DNA from: a phage
DNA: 64,000 nt
Sequence record: PZ452598.1
Strand: one strand, 5' to 3'
Position numbers and translations under genes: made by a program. The notes beneath the pieces were generated by a model, which was given only the letters and a program-made list of their open reading frames with translations, had not been told where the DNA came from and made no database searches. Shown piece after piece: positions 1-10,610 of the stretch. How positions within the stretch are numbered: position 1 is the first letter of the stretch; every line of letters begins with the position of its first letter.

Positions 1-2618
1 ACAAACGATTTTTGGAACAAAGTTGAGTGGTCAATCCAAGATAGCACATCAGAACGAATTTCTTTTGGAAGTTCTGTACCCGATGGCCAAGCAATGCACT
101 TGTCACCAAATGGATTTCCTTCACGTAATGGAAGAACCATTACTTTATTTCCATCCAAAATTGGAGCTACACCTAAACCGCTAACAGCTCGACGATAAGT
201 TAGCACACCACGAATATGGAACGGGCATTTAAATCCTGGCCAACCTTTATCATCATATTTCGCTATATCGTTCGCAGTTTTTACTTCAGCAATAACTTTA
301 TAGTCAAGTTGACGATATTCTTTCTCGAAGTTCTTGTAGTATTCTTGGACAGACTCTTCACCTTCCTGAAGAATACGACGAATACTTTCTTCGAGAGCTT
401 CTTGCACTGCTTTTGGTGTTGAACTCTGCTGAGTTTCCATACCCATGATTTTTAGATGCGGTTCAGCAAATCGCTTATCTTCCATATCATAAACGTTCAG
501 AGCATAACGCTTTTTCGCTTTCCAAAATCCACCAACGCCCTTTGAACCAAGCGGAGGGCAAGAAATAGCTTCACGGTCCATATGCATCAGATGCTCGCGG
601 TTATTCATATAATCACATAACTCACGATATGCAGCATCAATCATAGGTTCCATCTTTTTCTTACCGAACTGATTCATGAATTCAACCAAATCGTTCTGCT
701 CTTTGAATCGGTCAAGACCAACTTTTTCAATAACTTTATCTACGCAAACATATACCGAATCAGTATCACCTGCTGCAATGAAATCTTCATCATTAGTTCC
801 GCATACTTTATTCAGATATTCATTAATTTTACGAGCAATCCACTGAATACCGACTTGGCCGAAAATTGTGATAGCAGTAGCATTTCGCAAATCATAGTAA
901 CGGAAATGAATATTACCAAGAGCACCATAAAGACTGTTAATGAGAATTTTACGGTTCAGCTGATTTGTATTAGCAAGTGTAGCTGCTTTTTCACATTCTT
1001 CAATCAGACTATTGAGAACAGATTCGGTGTAATTCGATAGTTCATTTAAGAAATCATCACTGAACTTAACATATCGTTCAACTTCTGGTTTAGTTGAACA
1101 AGACCCTGCGCCTTTCATAATAATCTTTTTAATAGCTTCGGCATTCATTTCTTCAGCGAACATTTTCTTTTTCCAGTCTTTACGCTGGAAAAATACTTTA
1201 GCGATTTCCTTTGGAATGATACCTTCTTGATGTTTATCATACATCCATCCATTCGGAGAACAAGAATATTCATCACTCGGTTTAGGAGCTGTTCCTGCGA
1301 TATATTCATGAATTGGATGAACTTTAAACTGACCACGAATAGTTTCAGGACTAATGTTAACCTGGCGAATAATGCTCGGATACAGAGACGTCAAGTCAAA
1401 ACTCATAATGTATCGACGTGCAATTGGTTTAGGTTCAAACACAAATGCACCCGGAAAACTCTGTTTAACGTGCGAACCTTGTTGAGGAATAACCTTATGT
1501 TCACCTTTCAATGAGTTAAAAATAATAGCATCCCAAGTTTTAATAGGACTCATTACACCAGAAAAAGGCATTTTAGCGTAATAAGACATACTTAAAACTA
1601 GATCGATAAACCCACGAATTTTATCGATTGCTTGAACTGATTCTACGTCAATGATGTTATAACTAATGTATCGTTGATGATTAGTCTCACGAAGTTTATT
1701 AATAGGACCGTCGTATGGTAATTTACCTTTTTTGGTTTCATGTTGAGCAACTGATTCCAAAGAGAATGACGGCAAATTAGTAAAAGCGAATTTCTTGTAC
1801 AAATCTAAATAATCAAGAATAGATACGCCATCAATAGAATAAATTTCTTTGCTACCGTACATATTTTGAATTAGTTTAGATTTTACCCGACCGATTGGAG
1901 AGAAACGTTTCATACTACGTTCACCCAGAATCATTTTAACACGATTCATGATATACGGAACGTCAAACCCCTCAATATTCCAACCAGTAAAAATAGCAGG
2001 TCGTTTCTGTTCCCAAAGATTGATATATTCCATGAGCATATCACGCTCATTATCGAATGGCATATAAATTACTCGGTCAAGAATTTCTTGAGGAACTTCA
2101 TCACCACCTTCACAGTCAAGCTTAGCAGCTAACTTTGCATCCCATTTTGATACTGAACCGTACATTGAATTCAAAAGGTCGAAAACATAAAAACGATCGT
2201 CAATTGAATCGTAATGAGTGATAGCATCAATTTCATATTCTGCTTTCATTGGGTCAGGAAATTTATCACCAGTAACCTCAATGTCACAGTTAGCTACACG
2301 AACAAATTTTCGGTCATAAACAATTTCTGAACCATATGTATCACTTATATAAGCGAGTTTAAAATCGTTCATACCGAGAGCTTCGAGACCGATGTCTTCC
2401 ATTCGCTTCATCCAATCTCGAGCATCTTTCATTGATGGAAATTTTTGAGGAGCGCAGTTTTTACCATAGATGTCTTTGTATTTTGACTCTTCCTTACAAT
2501 GCCTAAACATAGTTGGAAGATATTCTACTTCACGGGTACGTTCCTTTCCATTTTCATCAATATAACGTTCAACAATGTTATTTCCGACTGTTTCAATAGA
2601 GATATAAAATTCTTTCAT
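1..2618 (-). CDS. 43: DNA polymerase (family B), 3' end beyond window start
   Basis: Minus-strand ATG at 2616-2618 (rc ATGAAAGAATTT = MKEF) lies just downstream of regA as in T4. No long ORF on either strand is listed across 1-2600, consistent with one frame open to the edge, which was not translated in full. Confidence 0.88.
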   Translation of the reverse strand, partial: MKEFYISIETVGNNIVERYIDENGKERTREVEYLPTMFRHCKEESKYKDIYGKNCAPQKFPSMKDARDWMKRMEDIGLEALGMNDFKLAYISDTYGSEIVYDRKFVRVANCDIEVTGDKFPDPMKAEYEIDAITHYDSIDDRFYVFDLLNSMYGSVSKWDAKLAAKLDCEGGDEVPQEILDRVIYMPFDNERDMLMEYINLWEQKRPAIFTGWNIEGFDVPYIMNRVKMILGERSMKRFSPIGRVKSKLIQNMYGSKEIYSIDGVSILDYLDLYKKFAFTNLPSFSLESVAQHETKKGKLPYDGPINKLRETNHQRYISYNIIDVESVQAIDKIRGFIDLVLSMSYYAKMPFSGVMSPIKTWDAIIFNSLKGEHKVIPQQGSHVKQSFPGAFVFEPKPIARRYIMSFDLTSLYPSIIRQVNISPETIRGQFKVHPIHEYIAGTAPKPSDEYSCSPNGWMYDKHQEGIIPKEIAKVFFQRKDWKKKMFAEEMNAEAIKKIIMKGAGSCSTKPEVERYVKFSDDFLNELSNYTESVLNSLIEECEKAATLANTNQLNRKILINSLYGALGNIHFRYYDLRNATAITIFGQVGIQWIARKINEYLNKVCGTNDEDFIAAGDTDSVYVCVDKVIEKVGLDRFKEQNDLVEFMNQFGKKKMEPMIDAAYRELCDYMNNREHLMHMDREAISCPPLGSKGVGGFWKAKKRYALNVYDMEDKRFAEPHLKIMGMETQQSSTPKAVQEALEESIRRILQEGEESVQEYYKNFEKEYRQLDYKVIAEVKTANDIAKYDDKGWPGFKCPFHIRGVLTYRRAVSGLGVAPILDGNKVMVLPLREGNPFGDKCIAWPSGTELPKEIRSDVLSWIDHSTLFQKSF

Positions 2619-2660
2619 AGATATTCCTTAGTTTATAGCCCGAGTTATTAGGCTCTTGAT
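2619..2660 (-). promoter_or_regulatory. gene 43 translation initiation region; candidate autogenous translational operator
   Basis: Leader just 5' of the gene 43 ATG reads (mRNA sense) CAAGAGCCUAAUAACUCGGGCUAUAAACUAAGGAAUAUCUAUG with SD AAGGAA. T4 gp43 is known to repress its own translation at an operator here. Exact operator bounds not resolved. Confidence 0.45.
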
Positions 2661-2678
2661 ATATTATACTCCAAATAA

Positions 2679-2692
2679 GGGGCCGAAGCCCC
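2679..2692 (-). terminator. GC-rich hairpin with UUCG tetraloop (GGGGC-UUCG-GCCCC in mRNA) between regA and 43
   Basis: Plus-strand ggggccgaagcccc. On the minus transcript the loop is UUCG. Terminator versus stability/processing role not distinguishable. Confidence 0.5.
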
Positions 2693-2696
2693 TTGC

Positions 2697-3065
2697 TTAA
2701 TTACCAATCGTATATTTAGGAACGAGCTTCCATTCATGTTTTTGTTTAAAAGAAATAACTCGGAAGTTATTAGTTAAATCTTTCATAAAAGTTCTTTGAC
2801 CAGGAACGATTTCAATTAGTCCCCAATCTTCTAATAGCCATGCAATCGAATCACGACGAACTTCATCTTCTTCTGTCATTTCAACTTGACGACCATCCAT
2901 ACGAAGCATTTCTTTAAAATGAACGATATAGTATAGTCCTTTTTTCTGAAGAATATGACAGGACTGATATAGAACTTTATCTTTATTATTAGCAATTCCC
3001 ATACGAGTCAAAGTTTCTTTTACTTTCAGAAAATCTTCAGGTTTTTTAAGAGTAATTTCAATCAT
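2697..3065 (-). CDS. regA: translational repressor RegA
   Basis: 122-aa ORF (MIEITLKKPEDFLKVKETLTRMG...) matches T4 RegA in length and sequence from memory. Sits downstream of 62 as in T4. Confidence 0.93.
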   Translation of the reverse strand: MIEITLKKPEDFLKVKETLTRMGIANNKDKVLYQSCHILQKKGLYYIVHFKEMLRMDGRQVEMTEEDEVRRDSIAWLLEDWGLIEIVPGQRTFMKDLTNNFRVISFKQKHEWKLVPKYTIGN

Positions 3066-3066
3066 T

Positions 3067-3630
3067 TTACCATTCCAATGCTAGTTTTTTGAGTTGTTTC
3101 TGTTCTTTTACGTTCTTAGTCACTTCTTTCAAAAAATCATCCGTGACTAAACCTTTTAGTTCTTTTAATACTAAAGGAAGTTTTCCATTTTTAGTAAGAA
3201 TTGATTTATAGTTAATTGCATCATTTGTATTAACTTGATACCGCTTAGCAAGTAACTTAATAATCAATACTTCGGTGGAATCTTCAACCAGTTTTGCCCA
3301 TTTACCATATCTTTTACCACGAGGAACTGCAGCCATTAGATAATTAAAATGAGCTTCATCACTTAAGCCTGATCCAATTAAATTCATAGCATATACAGCT
3401 GGCATACACTCTGGAAATTGTGATAATGCATTTTCAACCATGAATTTTGAATAATCTTTTTGAGCAATAGAGCATTTAGTTTTATTATTAATAGCTCCAA
3501 TTATTTCAAAAAATTCATTTTCTGCTTTTTCTTTAAAAGAATCAGCAGCGGATTGGACAGCTGTCCAATCTTTTGAATACCAAGCAACTTGATGCTCGTT
3601 TAATTGAATATCATCTTTAAATAAGCTCAT
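3067..3630 (-). CDS. 62: clamp loader small subunit gp62
   Basis: 187-aa ORF immediately 3' of gene 44. Length and position match T4 gp62. Confidence 0.92.
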
Positions 3631-3631
3631 A

Positions 3632-4591
3632 TCACTTCCACTGCATTTCGCATGCTAATTGAATGAAAAGATAAGCTAAATGCAATTCAGTATTAGCTGC
3701 AATACCATGATACTGATTATTTTCGCCGACAATTTCGTACATACGAATAATACTTTGTGGAGTTACACGTGAATAGATTTCTTCGGCAAGTTTACCCACG
3801 AACCACGAATAATCAGCCGCATATTTTGGTGCTAAAGCTCTGAGTTGTTTAACATCTTTATTTTTGAGAGACTCAAGAACATCATCAATAGCACCACGAT
3901 CGTTAGTAACCAGTGATAAAATACCAGCATCCAAAACACCTTTAGACGAATAACTATCGAGCTCGCCAATAGTTTTACGAAAATCAGGAAAATTCTTTTT
4001 AACCAAAGCTGCTACAACTTTCATATCAGCTATAGCAATTCCTTCATGCTTGCAGATTTCAGTCAATCGACGAATCATCTGCTTCATCATTTCAATTTTA
4101 TCTTCATCAGTTGGTTGACCGAATGTAATAACTCGGCAGCGTGACTGAAGCGGTTTAATAATACCATCAATATTATTAGCAGTAATAATAATACTACAGT
4201 TTGAACTATAAGCTTCCATAAAGGAACGAAGATGTCGCTGAGACTCTGCTAACCCTGAACGGTCAAATTCATCAATAACGATTACTTTTTGACGACCATC
4301 AAATGAAGCGGCGCTGGCAAAATTAGTCAAAGGACCACGAACGAAATCAATTTTACAATCTGACCCATTCACAAACATCATATCAGCATTTACATCATGA
4401 CATAATGCTTTTGCTACAGTTGTTTTACCTGTTCCTGGAGAAGGAGAATGAAGAATAATATGTGGAATCTTACCTTTACTTGTAATAGATTTAAAGGTTT
4501 CTTTATCAAAGGCGGGAAGAATACATTCATCGATAGTAGATGGACGATATTTCTGTTCAAGAATGTGTTCTTTTTCATTTACAGTAATCAT
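3632..4591 (-). CDS. 44: clamp loader ATPase gp44
   Basis: Track ORF is 324 aa; start trimmed to MITVNEKEH (319 aa). Walker [11 protein letters not shown] and Walker B VIVIDEFD present. Confidence 0.9.
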
Positions 4592-4625
4592 AATTTCCTC
4601 ATTCAAGTTTTAGTGTAAATTATAA

Positions 4626-4639
4626 AGGGCCGAAGCCCT
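4626..4639 (-). promoter_or_regulatory. UUCG-tetraloop hairpin in 45-44 intercistronic region
   Basis: Plus-strand agggccgaagccct between the gene 45 stop and the gene 44 SD (GAGGAAAUUAUG). Confidence 0.45.
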
Positions 4640-4642
4640 CTA

Positions 4643-5329
4643 TTAAAAATCGTGGGTAGAATCAGCTTCAAGAGCTACCACATAATTCGCGTGTTCACCT
4701 TCAAATTTAGCAGCACCTTGTTTACCTTTTGCCCAAAGCAGAAGTTTATAATTTCCTGGTTGCATTTTCATATTTGCCATATTGATAATGAAATTAAATG
4801 TATTTTCACCATCATAATCACCAAGAGTCAAAGAATATTTAACACGGGTCAGAGCAGAATCTTCTACTTTATTAAAACCGTTAATTACGATTTTACCTTC
4901 TTTTACCGTGATAGCAATTGTATCAATTTGCAGACCACGAGATACACGCAACAGCTGTTGAAGGTCTTCAGCTTTAATTTCAGTAACAGCAGATGCTACC
5001 GGGAATGGAATTGGTTTATTAGGAGCAACTACTGTACTCGGATCGGCTGCTGGCCAAAAAATTGTTGAGCGGGCATCAGCAATTTTAATATTTCCATCTT
5101 CTGACTGGGAAATTTCTGCATCATCATTAACTAAAGACAGAATACCGAGAAAACCGTTCAAATCGTAAATTGCTACATCAAAATCAATAACGTCAGAAAT
5201 ATTTGCTTCCGCATAAGTTGTACCATTAACTGCGCGAGTCATAATAAATTGACCGGATTTAAGCATAATACCAGAGTTAATAGTAGCGAAATTTTTAAGC
5301 AGAGCAGTAGTATCTTTAGACAGTTTCAT
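4643..5329 (-). CDS. 45: DNA polymerase sliding clamp gp45
   Basis: 228-aa ORF (MKLSKDTTALLKNFATINSGIMLKSGQFIMTRAVNGTTYAEANISD...). Length and sequence match T4 gp45. Confidence 0.95.
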   Translation of the reverse strand: MKLSKDTTALLKNFATINSGIMLKSGQFIMTRAVNGTTYAEANISDVIDFDVAIYDLNGFLGILSLVNDDAEISQSEDGNIKIADARSTIFWPAADPSTVVAPNKPIPFPVASAVTEIKAEDLQQLLRVSRGLQIDTIAITVKEGKIVINGFNKVEDSALTRVKYSLTLGDYDGENTFNFIINMANMKMQPGNYKLLLWAKGKQGAAKFEGEHANYVVALEADSTHDF

Positions 5330-5384
5330 GTAATTTCCTTCAATTCAAATGAGATTTAATTTTATAACTAATTTAATAAAGCAA

Positions 5385-5774
5385 TTAACGATTAAAATCA
5401 GCCGCAATTGTTTCCGCAACAATTTGAGCAGCAACAATTAGACGTTCATCTGCATTACCGCAATAATCATCTTCAAGGCGTTCACCACATGAAGTCATAA
5501 TAAATTTAGCACCGGCGTTTAGGGATTCTGTAGTATGTTTGCGCATTAGTTCAATCCATTTATTACTTACTTCACGATCGATAGCTTCATAATACGCATG
5601 ACGAGCAGGTGCAGATTTAATTTTGTTCTGAATAACTTCCATTGCGTTATCAGAAAGAGACAAAACCCATGCTCGACGAATTTTATTTTGGTTTTGTGGA
5701 TTTGATTCAGAACGCACGTGTTTTGGCTGAATATCTTTTACATCAACAGTATAATTCACAGTAATTTTAGTCAT
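5385..5774 (-). CDS. rpbA: RNA polymerase-binding protein RpbA
   Basis: 129-aa ORF downstream of 45.2 and upstream of 45, the T4 rpbA position. Confidence 0.8.
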
Positions 5775-5783
5775 AATACACCT

Positions 5784-5972
5784 TTAGTCATAATAATCAG
5801 TAACAGTCCAAGCTTCATTTCTATTGGACATTATTTTTGTATATTCTGCTTTAAATGCATTCCTAAGCATAGATTCAGTAACTATATGCTCTTCATTAGA
5901 AAAATTATTTCTCAGAATATATCGTTTTATTTCAGGAATAGTTAATAGATGCTGTCCAGTTGAATATTCCAT
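5784..5972 (-). CDS. hypothetical protein (T4 45.2 position)
   Basis: 62-aa ORF between gene 46 and rpbA. Confidence 0.55.
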   Translation of the reverse strand: MEYSTGQHLLTIPEIKRYILRNNFSNEEHIVTESMLRNAFKAEYTKIMSNRNEAWTVTDYYD

Positions 5973-6027
5973 GTTTTTCCTCCATAGAGATTATACTCTA
6001 ATAAATTAAAGCATAATCTCTTATAAA

Positions 6028-7710
6028 TTAAACCATTACAGTAAATCGACCAACTTTCTTCATTTGAAGATGCTGACCATATTCTTGCGGGTCATGGTCT
6101 TTATGCGAAATTATAAAAACGTTAGTGTTTTTCATTGAATTTATAATATTAGCTACACCTTTAATACCTTCGGCATCAAATGACCCATCAAACACTTCAT
6201 CAAGAATTAATGTACTAATACTAACACCAGATACGATAGAAGCAATATCACGCCAAGTAAATAAAAGAGCAATATCGATTCGTGCCTTTTCACCTTCACT
6301 AAATGAAGCATAACTAAAATCTTCACGACCACGGGATTTAATTGTCTCATTAAATTCTTCATCTAATGTAAACACATAATCCGCTTCCATTATTTTAAGA
6401 TAATGGTTAATCTGCTTATTAAATAATGGAATGTACTTTTTAATAATAGCACCTTTAATACCAGAATCTTTGAGCATATCAGTCAAAATTCCTCGGTGGT
6501 ATTTTTCCATTACTAAATTAGTTTTTGTCTTAACAATTTTATCAAGTTCTTCTTGAAGCAGTGCTATTTCATCAGCATGGTCAATAAACTCAGAAGATGC
6601 TTTTTCTATAGCCGCTTTAACTTTTTTAGCTTTATCTACTGCTGCGATCAGAGATTGCTTTTTATTGCGAATATCATTTGCCAACGACTGCTGGGTTTTA
6701 ATATTATCTCGGTATTCATCAACAAGAACTTTTAAATTATCACGATGTGTTGAAAGCTGTTCAAACGAATGTGTGCATTCAGAAACTTTATCTTTAATTT
6801 TAGAAACAACTTTATCACCGGAACTCAATTGTGACAAACAGGTTGGACATAATCCACCTTCGTGATACATATTAATGACTTTATTATACGAGTCAATTTT
6901 TGATTTAATTAAAAATGCTTCTTGACCGATTTTATTAAATGCATCAGTCGGGTCTTCGTCCAAAACAATATTAACTAATCTTTCGTTAGCTTCTTCTATT
7001 TCCGATTTTAGCGTTCTAGCTTCTTTTGCCAAATCATCATACATATTTTGTAGACGAGTAAGGTTGTCACCCGTTAATTTTTTCTGGCGTTCAACATTAT
7101 CATTATATATTTTAATTTGTTGGATAATACTATCTTTTTTAACATCAAGCACTTGGTTCTGCGAATTTAATTCACGTATTAGTGCTTTATTAAGCTTATC
7201 CATTTCAGCTAATGTTCCTACCTCAAGCAGGTCTTCCACAAGCTTTCTTCGCGCAGGGGTCGACAAACCCATGAAAGGGGTATACCCTGCTGTACCAAGG
7301 ACAACAATCTGCTTGAAACTGGCATATGACATTCCGATAAGCTGTTCAAATTCTGCTTGGAAATCTTTACTGCTGGCAGATTCATTAAGACGTGTACCGT
7401 TAACGGTGATTTCGAAAACGTTTGGTTTTTGTCCTCTTTTGATATAGTACTTTTTCTCATCATATTCCATCCACAGTTCAACTAAAAGTTCTTTCTTATT
7501 TGTGCTGTTTATTAATTGACCTTTCTTTACATCGCGAAATGGCTTACCAAAAAGCCCAAATGTGATGGCTTCTAGCATAGTAGACTTACCACCGCCATTT
7601 CGTCCAGTAATAAGAGTTTTTTGAACCTTATCTAATTGAATGTCAATCCCATTTTGACCAACTGACATTATATTTTTATATTTTACTCTATTAAGTTTAA
7701 AATTCTTCAC
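6028..7710 (-). CDS. 46: recombination nuclease subunit gp46 (Rad50/SbcC-like ATPase)
   Basis: 560-aa ORF with Walker A GRNGGGKST and long central coiled coil containing a CPTC hook-like motif. Length matches T4 gp46. Confidence 0.95.
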   Translation of the reverse strand: MKNFKLNRVKYKNIMSVGQNGIDIQLDKVQKTLITGRNGGGKSTMLEAITFGLFGKPFRDVKKGQLINSTNKKELLVELWMEYDEKKYYIKRGQKPNVFEITVNGTRLNESASSKDFQAEFEQLIGMSYASFKQIVVLGTAGYTPFMGLSTPARRKLVEDLLEVGTLAEMDKLNKALIRELNSQNQVLDVKKDSIIQQIKIYNDNVERQKKLTGDNLTRLQNMYDDLAKEARTLKSEIEEANERLVNIVLDEDPTDAFNKIGQEAFLIKSKIDSYNKVINMYHEGGLCPTCLSQLSSGDKVVSKIKDKVSECTHSFEQLSTHRDNLKVLVDEYRDNIKTQQSLANDIRNKKQSLIAAVDKAKKVKAAIEKASSEFIDHADEIALLQEELDKIVKTKTNLVMEKYHRGILTDMLKDSGIKGAIIKKYIPLFNKQINHYLKIMEADYVFTLDEEFNETIKSRGREDFSYASFSEGEKARIDIALLFTWRDIASIVSGVSISTLILDEVFDGSFDAEGIKGVANIINSMKNTNVFIISHKDHDPQEYGQHLQMKKVGRFTVMV

Positions 7711-7970
7711 AAAAGATTCCTTTTAATGTATCTTTTAGACCATTCTATCATATCATCATAATCTAAAAAGTATTCATCAAATTCAGCCATGCAAACAACG
7801 CCTTGTGCTGTTTTTGATGTGATATAAATTATTCCAACATATCTAGAATCTTCTTCGGTATAATCAATATTTGCTATGAATTCATCATTAATGTCAAATG
7901 TCGAAAACTTCACAGTATGCATCCTTAATACAAGATACAGCCATATCTCGTAATGATTTAGGTGTGTCAT
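7707..7970 (-). CDS. hypothetical protein (T4 46.1 position); start uncertain
   Basis: 87-aa track ORF whose 5' part overlaps the 3' end of the upstream ORF. An internal ATG at 7922 is an alternative start. Confidence 0.5.
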   Translation of the reverse strand: MTHLNHYEIWLYLVLRMHTVKFSTFDINDEFIANIDYTEEDSRYVGIIYITSKTAQGVVCMAEFDEYFLDYDDMIEWSKRYIKRNLL

Positions 7971-8157
7971 TATCTAAAATGTTGAAGTTAAAAGATACAG
8001 CCCAGTCAGTGCAGACAGTAACCTTTTTAATACAATTATCTTCAACCTCTAACGGTTCAAACCAGTATTCAATAATTTCTTTATGACCAATATCATCTTT
8101 TACTTCACATTTAAAATGCTGACTCATCATAACATTTTTAAATTCATCAAAAGTCAT
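7894..8157 (-). CDS. hypothetical protein (T4 46.2 position)
   Basis: 87-aa ORF. Its stop overlaps the next gene and its start abuts the gene 47 stop. Confidence 0.55.
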   Translation of the reverse strand: MTFDEFKNVMMSQHFKCEVKDDIGHKEIIEYWFEPLEVEDNCIKKVTVCTDWAVSFNFNILDNDTPKSLRDMAVSCIKDAYCEVFDI

Positions 8158-9173
8158 TGTGTTGCCTCTACATATAGCTGATTTGCATATTGAATAAGTG
8201 CTTCACGGTCAGAATCAGTGATGTCTGGAATTGCATTAATATACTCTTCCATTAATGTCTGAAGCGATTGAACTTCAACTTCTTCACTGTCATCTGACTC
8301 GACAGAGTTATCAATCTTTGACACAACTCGTAATGAATGCACAACTTTTTCTAGTTCAGATTCGAACTTCGTCAGATTTTTGTCTACTTCAGTTACTATA
8401 ACACGTACTGATAGATTTGTAAAATCTTTATAGTCAATTTTTCCTTTAAATGGATAATGAATTCTACGATGCCAGGTAGTATTGTTTGGAATAAATTCCG
8501 TTCGTTCTGTTTCTGTATCAAACATCCAGAACCCACGAGGGTCATTCTCGTCACCTGCGGTTAGTGTCCATGGTGTCCCAATATATCTGACGTTTGCAGC
8601 CTCAGAAATAGTATGGAAGTGACCAGACCACACTTCTTTATAAGTCTTAAGGAAATCGGGTTCAAGACCATGAGATTTCATTCCTTTATAAAAATAAAAT
8701 CCATTCAGTTCCCAGTGACCAACACAAAAAGAAGCAGATGAAGTTTTGATATGCTCAAGAATTTCACCAGTATTTTCTTCGCACATCCAAGGAATCAAAT
8801 CAATCAAACACCCGTCAAAATCTACTGTAGTAGGCTTATCATACACTTTAACATTAGGATATTTAGCCAAAAGCTCAGTAGAAGCATTTGGATGCATTAC
8901 ATTTTTATAGTGGAGATCGTGATTTCCTACAATAGTGTGTAATGTAATTCCAGCATCATCAAGCGTTTGAACTATTTCACGGGCAAACTCCATAGTTTTA
9001 TGTGTGATCGCTTTTCGCACATCAAAAATATCACCGTATTGAATCCAGGTAGTAATTCCATTTTTCTTAGAATATTCTATCGCTTGCTTAATTCCATCAA
9101 TTTGAATACCGCGAATCCACTCATCATCAGCTTTAACGCCTAAATGCCAATCACCTAAATTTAAAATTTTCAT
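8154..9173 (-). CDS. 47: recombination nuclease subunit gp47 (Mre11-like phosphoesterase)
   Basis: 339-aa ORF with calcineurin-like motifs (LGDWHLG, GDIFD, GNHD). Length matches T4 gp47. Confidence 0.95.
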   Translation of the reverse strand: MKILNLGDWHLGVKADDEWIRGIQIDGIKQAIEYSKKNGITTWIQYGDIFDVRKAITHKTMEFAREIVQTLDDAGITLHTIVGNHDLHYKNVMHPNASTELLAKYPNVKVYDKPTTVDFDGCLIDLIPWMCEENTGEILEHIKTSSASFCVGHWELNGFYFYKGMKSHGLEPDFLKTYKEVWSGHFHTISEAANVRYIGTPWTLTAGDENDPRGFWMFDTETERTEFIPNNTTWHRRIHYPFKGKIDYKDFTNLSVRVIVTEVDKNLTKFESELEKVVHSLRVVSKIDNSVESDDSEEVEVQSLQTLMEEYINAIPDITDSDREALIQYANQLYVEATQ

Positions 9174-9310
9174 ATATCAAGAACCGTCATTGAAATGCAA
9201 AATAAAATTATTGAAATAAATCCATCTGGAGTGCTAAAGAACCCAATCCAACATGCTCTAGTGAATAGATAAAATGCAAGAAAAAGTATCACATATCCAA
9301 GAAATATCAT
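9170..9310 (-). CDS. small hydrophobic peptide (46 aa), below ORF-track length cutoff
   Basis: Hand-read minus-strand ORF MIFLGYVILFLAFYLFTRACWIGFFSTPDGFISIILFCISMTVLDI. Its stop overlaps the gene 47 ATG (ATGA). Confidence 0.35.
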   Translation of the reverse strand: MIFLGYVILFLAFYLFTRACWIGFFSTPDGFISIILFCISMTVLDI

Positions 9311-9335
9311 TATATCAAACTCCGTATAAAGCTAA

Positions 9336-9349
9336 AGGGCCGAAGCCCT
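9336..9349 (-). terminator. UUCG-tetraloop hairpin immediately 3' of a-gt stop, followed by a U-rich tract
   Basis: Plus-strand agggccgaagccct abutting the a-gt stop codon at 9350-9352. Confidence 0.5.
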
Positions 9350-10552
9350 TTATTTTGTAATAATGTCAAACTGTTCTTTAAAGCAGAAGCTTGAATCTTG
9401 ATGCTGATACAAAAATTCATATGCTTTTTCTCGCTCACGGTCATAAAGAGCTCGGTCAGATGACAGTTCTTTAATACGTTCAAATGTTGATTCCATATCA
9501 TTTTCATCAAACCAAATGATACCGCTATCATGCGAGGTCAAAGGAGTATTATCAACACGGAATTTTAAATTTTCGCCAGTAGATTTCCAAAATACCGGAA
9601 TTGTTCCACATGCACCAAGCTCGAGATGAGTATATTCGAGTGAGCGTTGTAAGTATTTCTGGTTAAGTTTACTCAACTGATATCCAAAGCCAGATTTACT
9701 CATTCGTTCAAGCATTTCACTATTAATATAACAATCTAGGATTTGTGCCGGTTGATTCGGCGCGAGATTCATTTTATCAATCTCACGATTACCGTAATAT
9801 TCATACGGAATACCTTTTTCCTTAATTGCAATAAAAGCAGGGGAACGTTCCAGACCTTCCATTACAGTGGATTTACCAGCAGGTTTTAAGAATTTTTCAT
9901 GAAAATCAAACATCTGGTAAAAACCTTTCCATGTAGTCGTACGACCAATCCAACGGTTGATATTCATGTTAATTTCAGAAACATCTTTCCAATAAGTTGA
10001 CCGAACCTTCACAATATCCATAGGAGGCTGAAAATTATATACTGTCGGTGCTTCTTCAATATCATCAAACAGAGAAACAGTTTCTGGATACCATTCTTTC
10101 ATCAGAACTTTATTAAAATCACCATTATCAGAATGGCTAAAAATAACATCAGCTCGACGAACAGTTTCTTCTAATCCCAAATTTCGACGCAAAGAAAGAA
10201 CAGAATGATCATGCTGATAAACTACAACACGAATAGAAGGTTTAATATTATCTAAAAGTTTTTTATAGTTATTAATCGTAGCTTCTTGAACGGAAGTAGC
10301 AGGAACAGAATTAATAATTAGAATATCACAATCATTTACTAGCTTAAGTGCTTTATCGTATTCTTTAGCTAAAATAACTGGAATTGAAAATGATTTGTGG
10401 TCATGAGAACTTGTACGAGTAAATGATTTATCTTTAGCATAAACCAAAGTTACTTCATGACCATTTTTAATAAACCAATCACGTTGCTCGAGTGAGAATT
10501 TTGTTACACCACAACCTTCAAGACCTCGAGCCATAAAAATGCAAATACGCAT
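9350..10552 (-). CDS. a-gt: DNA alpha-glucosyltransferase (glucosylation of hydroxymethylcytosine)
   Basis: 400-aa ORF (MRICIFMARGLEGCGVTKFSLEQRDWFIKNGHEVTLVYAKDK...) with GT-B-like N-terminus. Length and position match T4 alpha-gt. Confidence 0.9.
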   Translation of the reverse strand: MRICIFMARGLEGCGVTKFSLEQRDWFIKNGHEVTLVYAKDKSFTRTSSHDHKSFSIPVILAKEYDKALKLVNDCDILIINSVPATSVQEATINNYKKLLDNIKPSIRVVVYQHDHSVLSLRRNLGLEETVRRADVIFSHSDNGDFNKVLMKEWYPETVSLFDDIEEAPTVYNFQPPMDIVKVRSTYWKDVSEINMNINRWIGRTTTWKGFYQMFDFHEKFLKPAGKSTVMEGLERSPAFIAIKEKGIPYEYYGNREIDKMNLAPNQPAQILDCYINSEMLERMSKSGFGYQLSKLNQKYLQRSLEYTHLELGACGTIPVFWKSTGENLKFRVDNTPLTSHDSGIIWFDENDMESTFERIKELSSDRALYDREREKAYEFLYQHQDSSFCFKEQFDIITK

Positions 10553-10610
10553 AGTTTTCCTCTTTTCATTTAATAAATCATGTAAATAATATTTTATTTT
10601 CTATAAAACG

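Noticed and set aside
216-1514. Plus-strand ORFs of 61-95 aa (216-422, 855-1040, 1227-1514) and minus-strand 1145-1336 inside the gene 43 region
   Set aside because: They lie antisense to or out of frame with the DNA polymerase coding sequence, have low-complexity translations and no SD; treated as chance ORFs in AT-rich DNA.
4652-5068. 138-aa plus-strand ORF antisense to gene 45
   Set aside because: Completely contained within the conserved sliding-clamp gene on the opposite strand; Phe/Ile/Cys-rich junk-like sequence; no promoter or SD.
9310-9531. 73-aa minus-strand ORF overlapping the 3' end of a-gt
   Set aside because: Out-of-frame overlap with the well-supported glucosyltransferase gene; no independent start signals.
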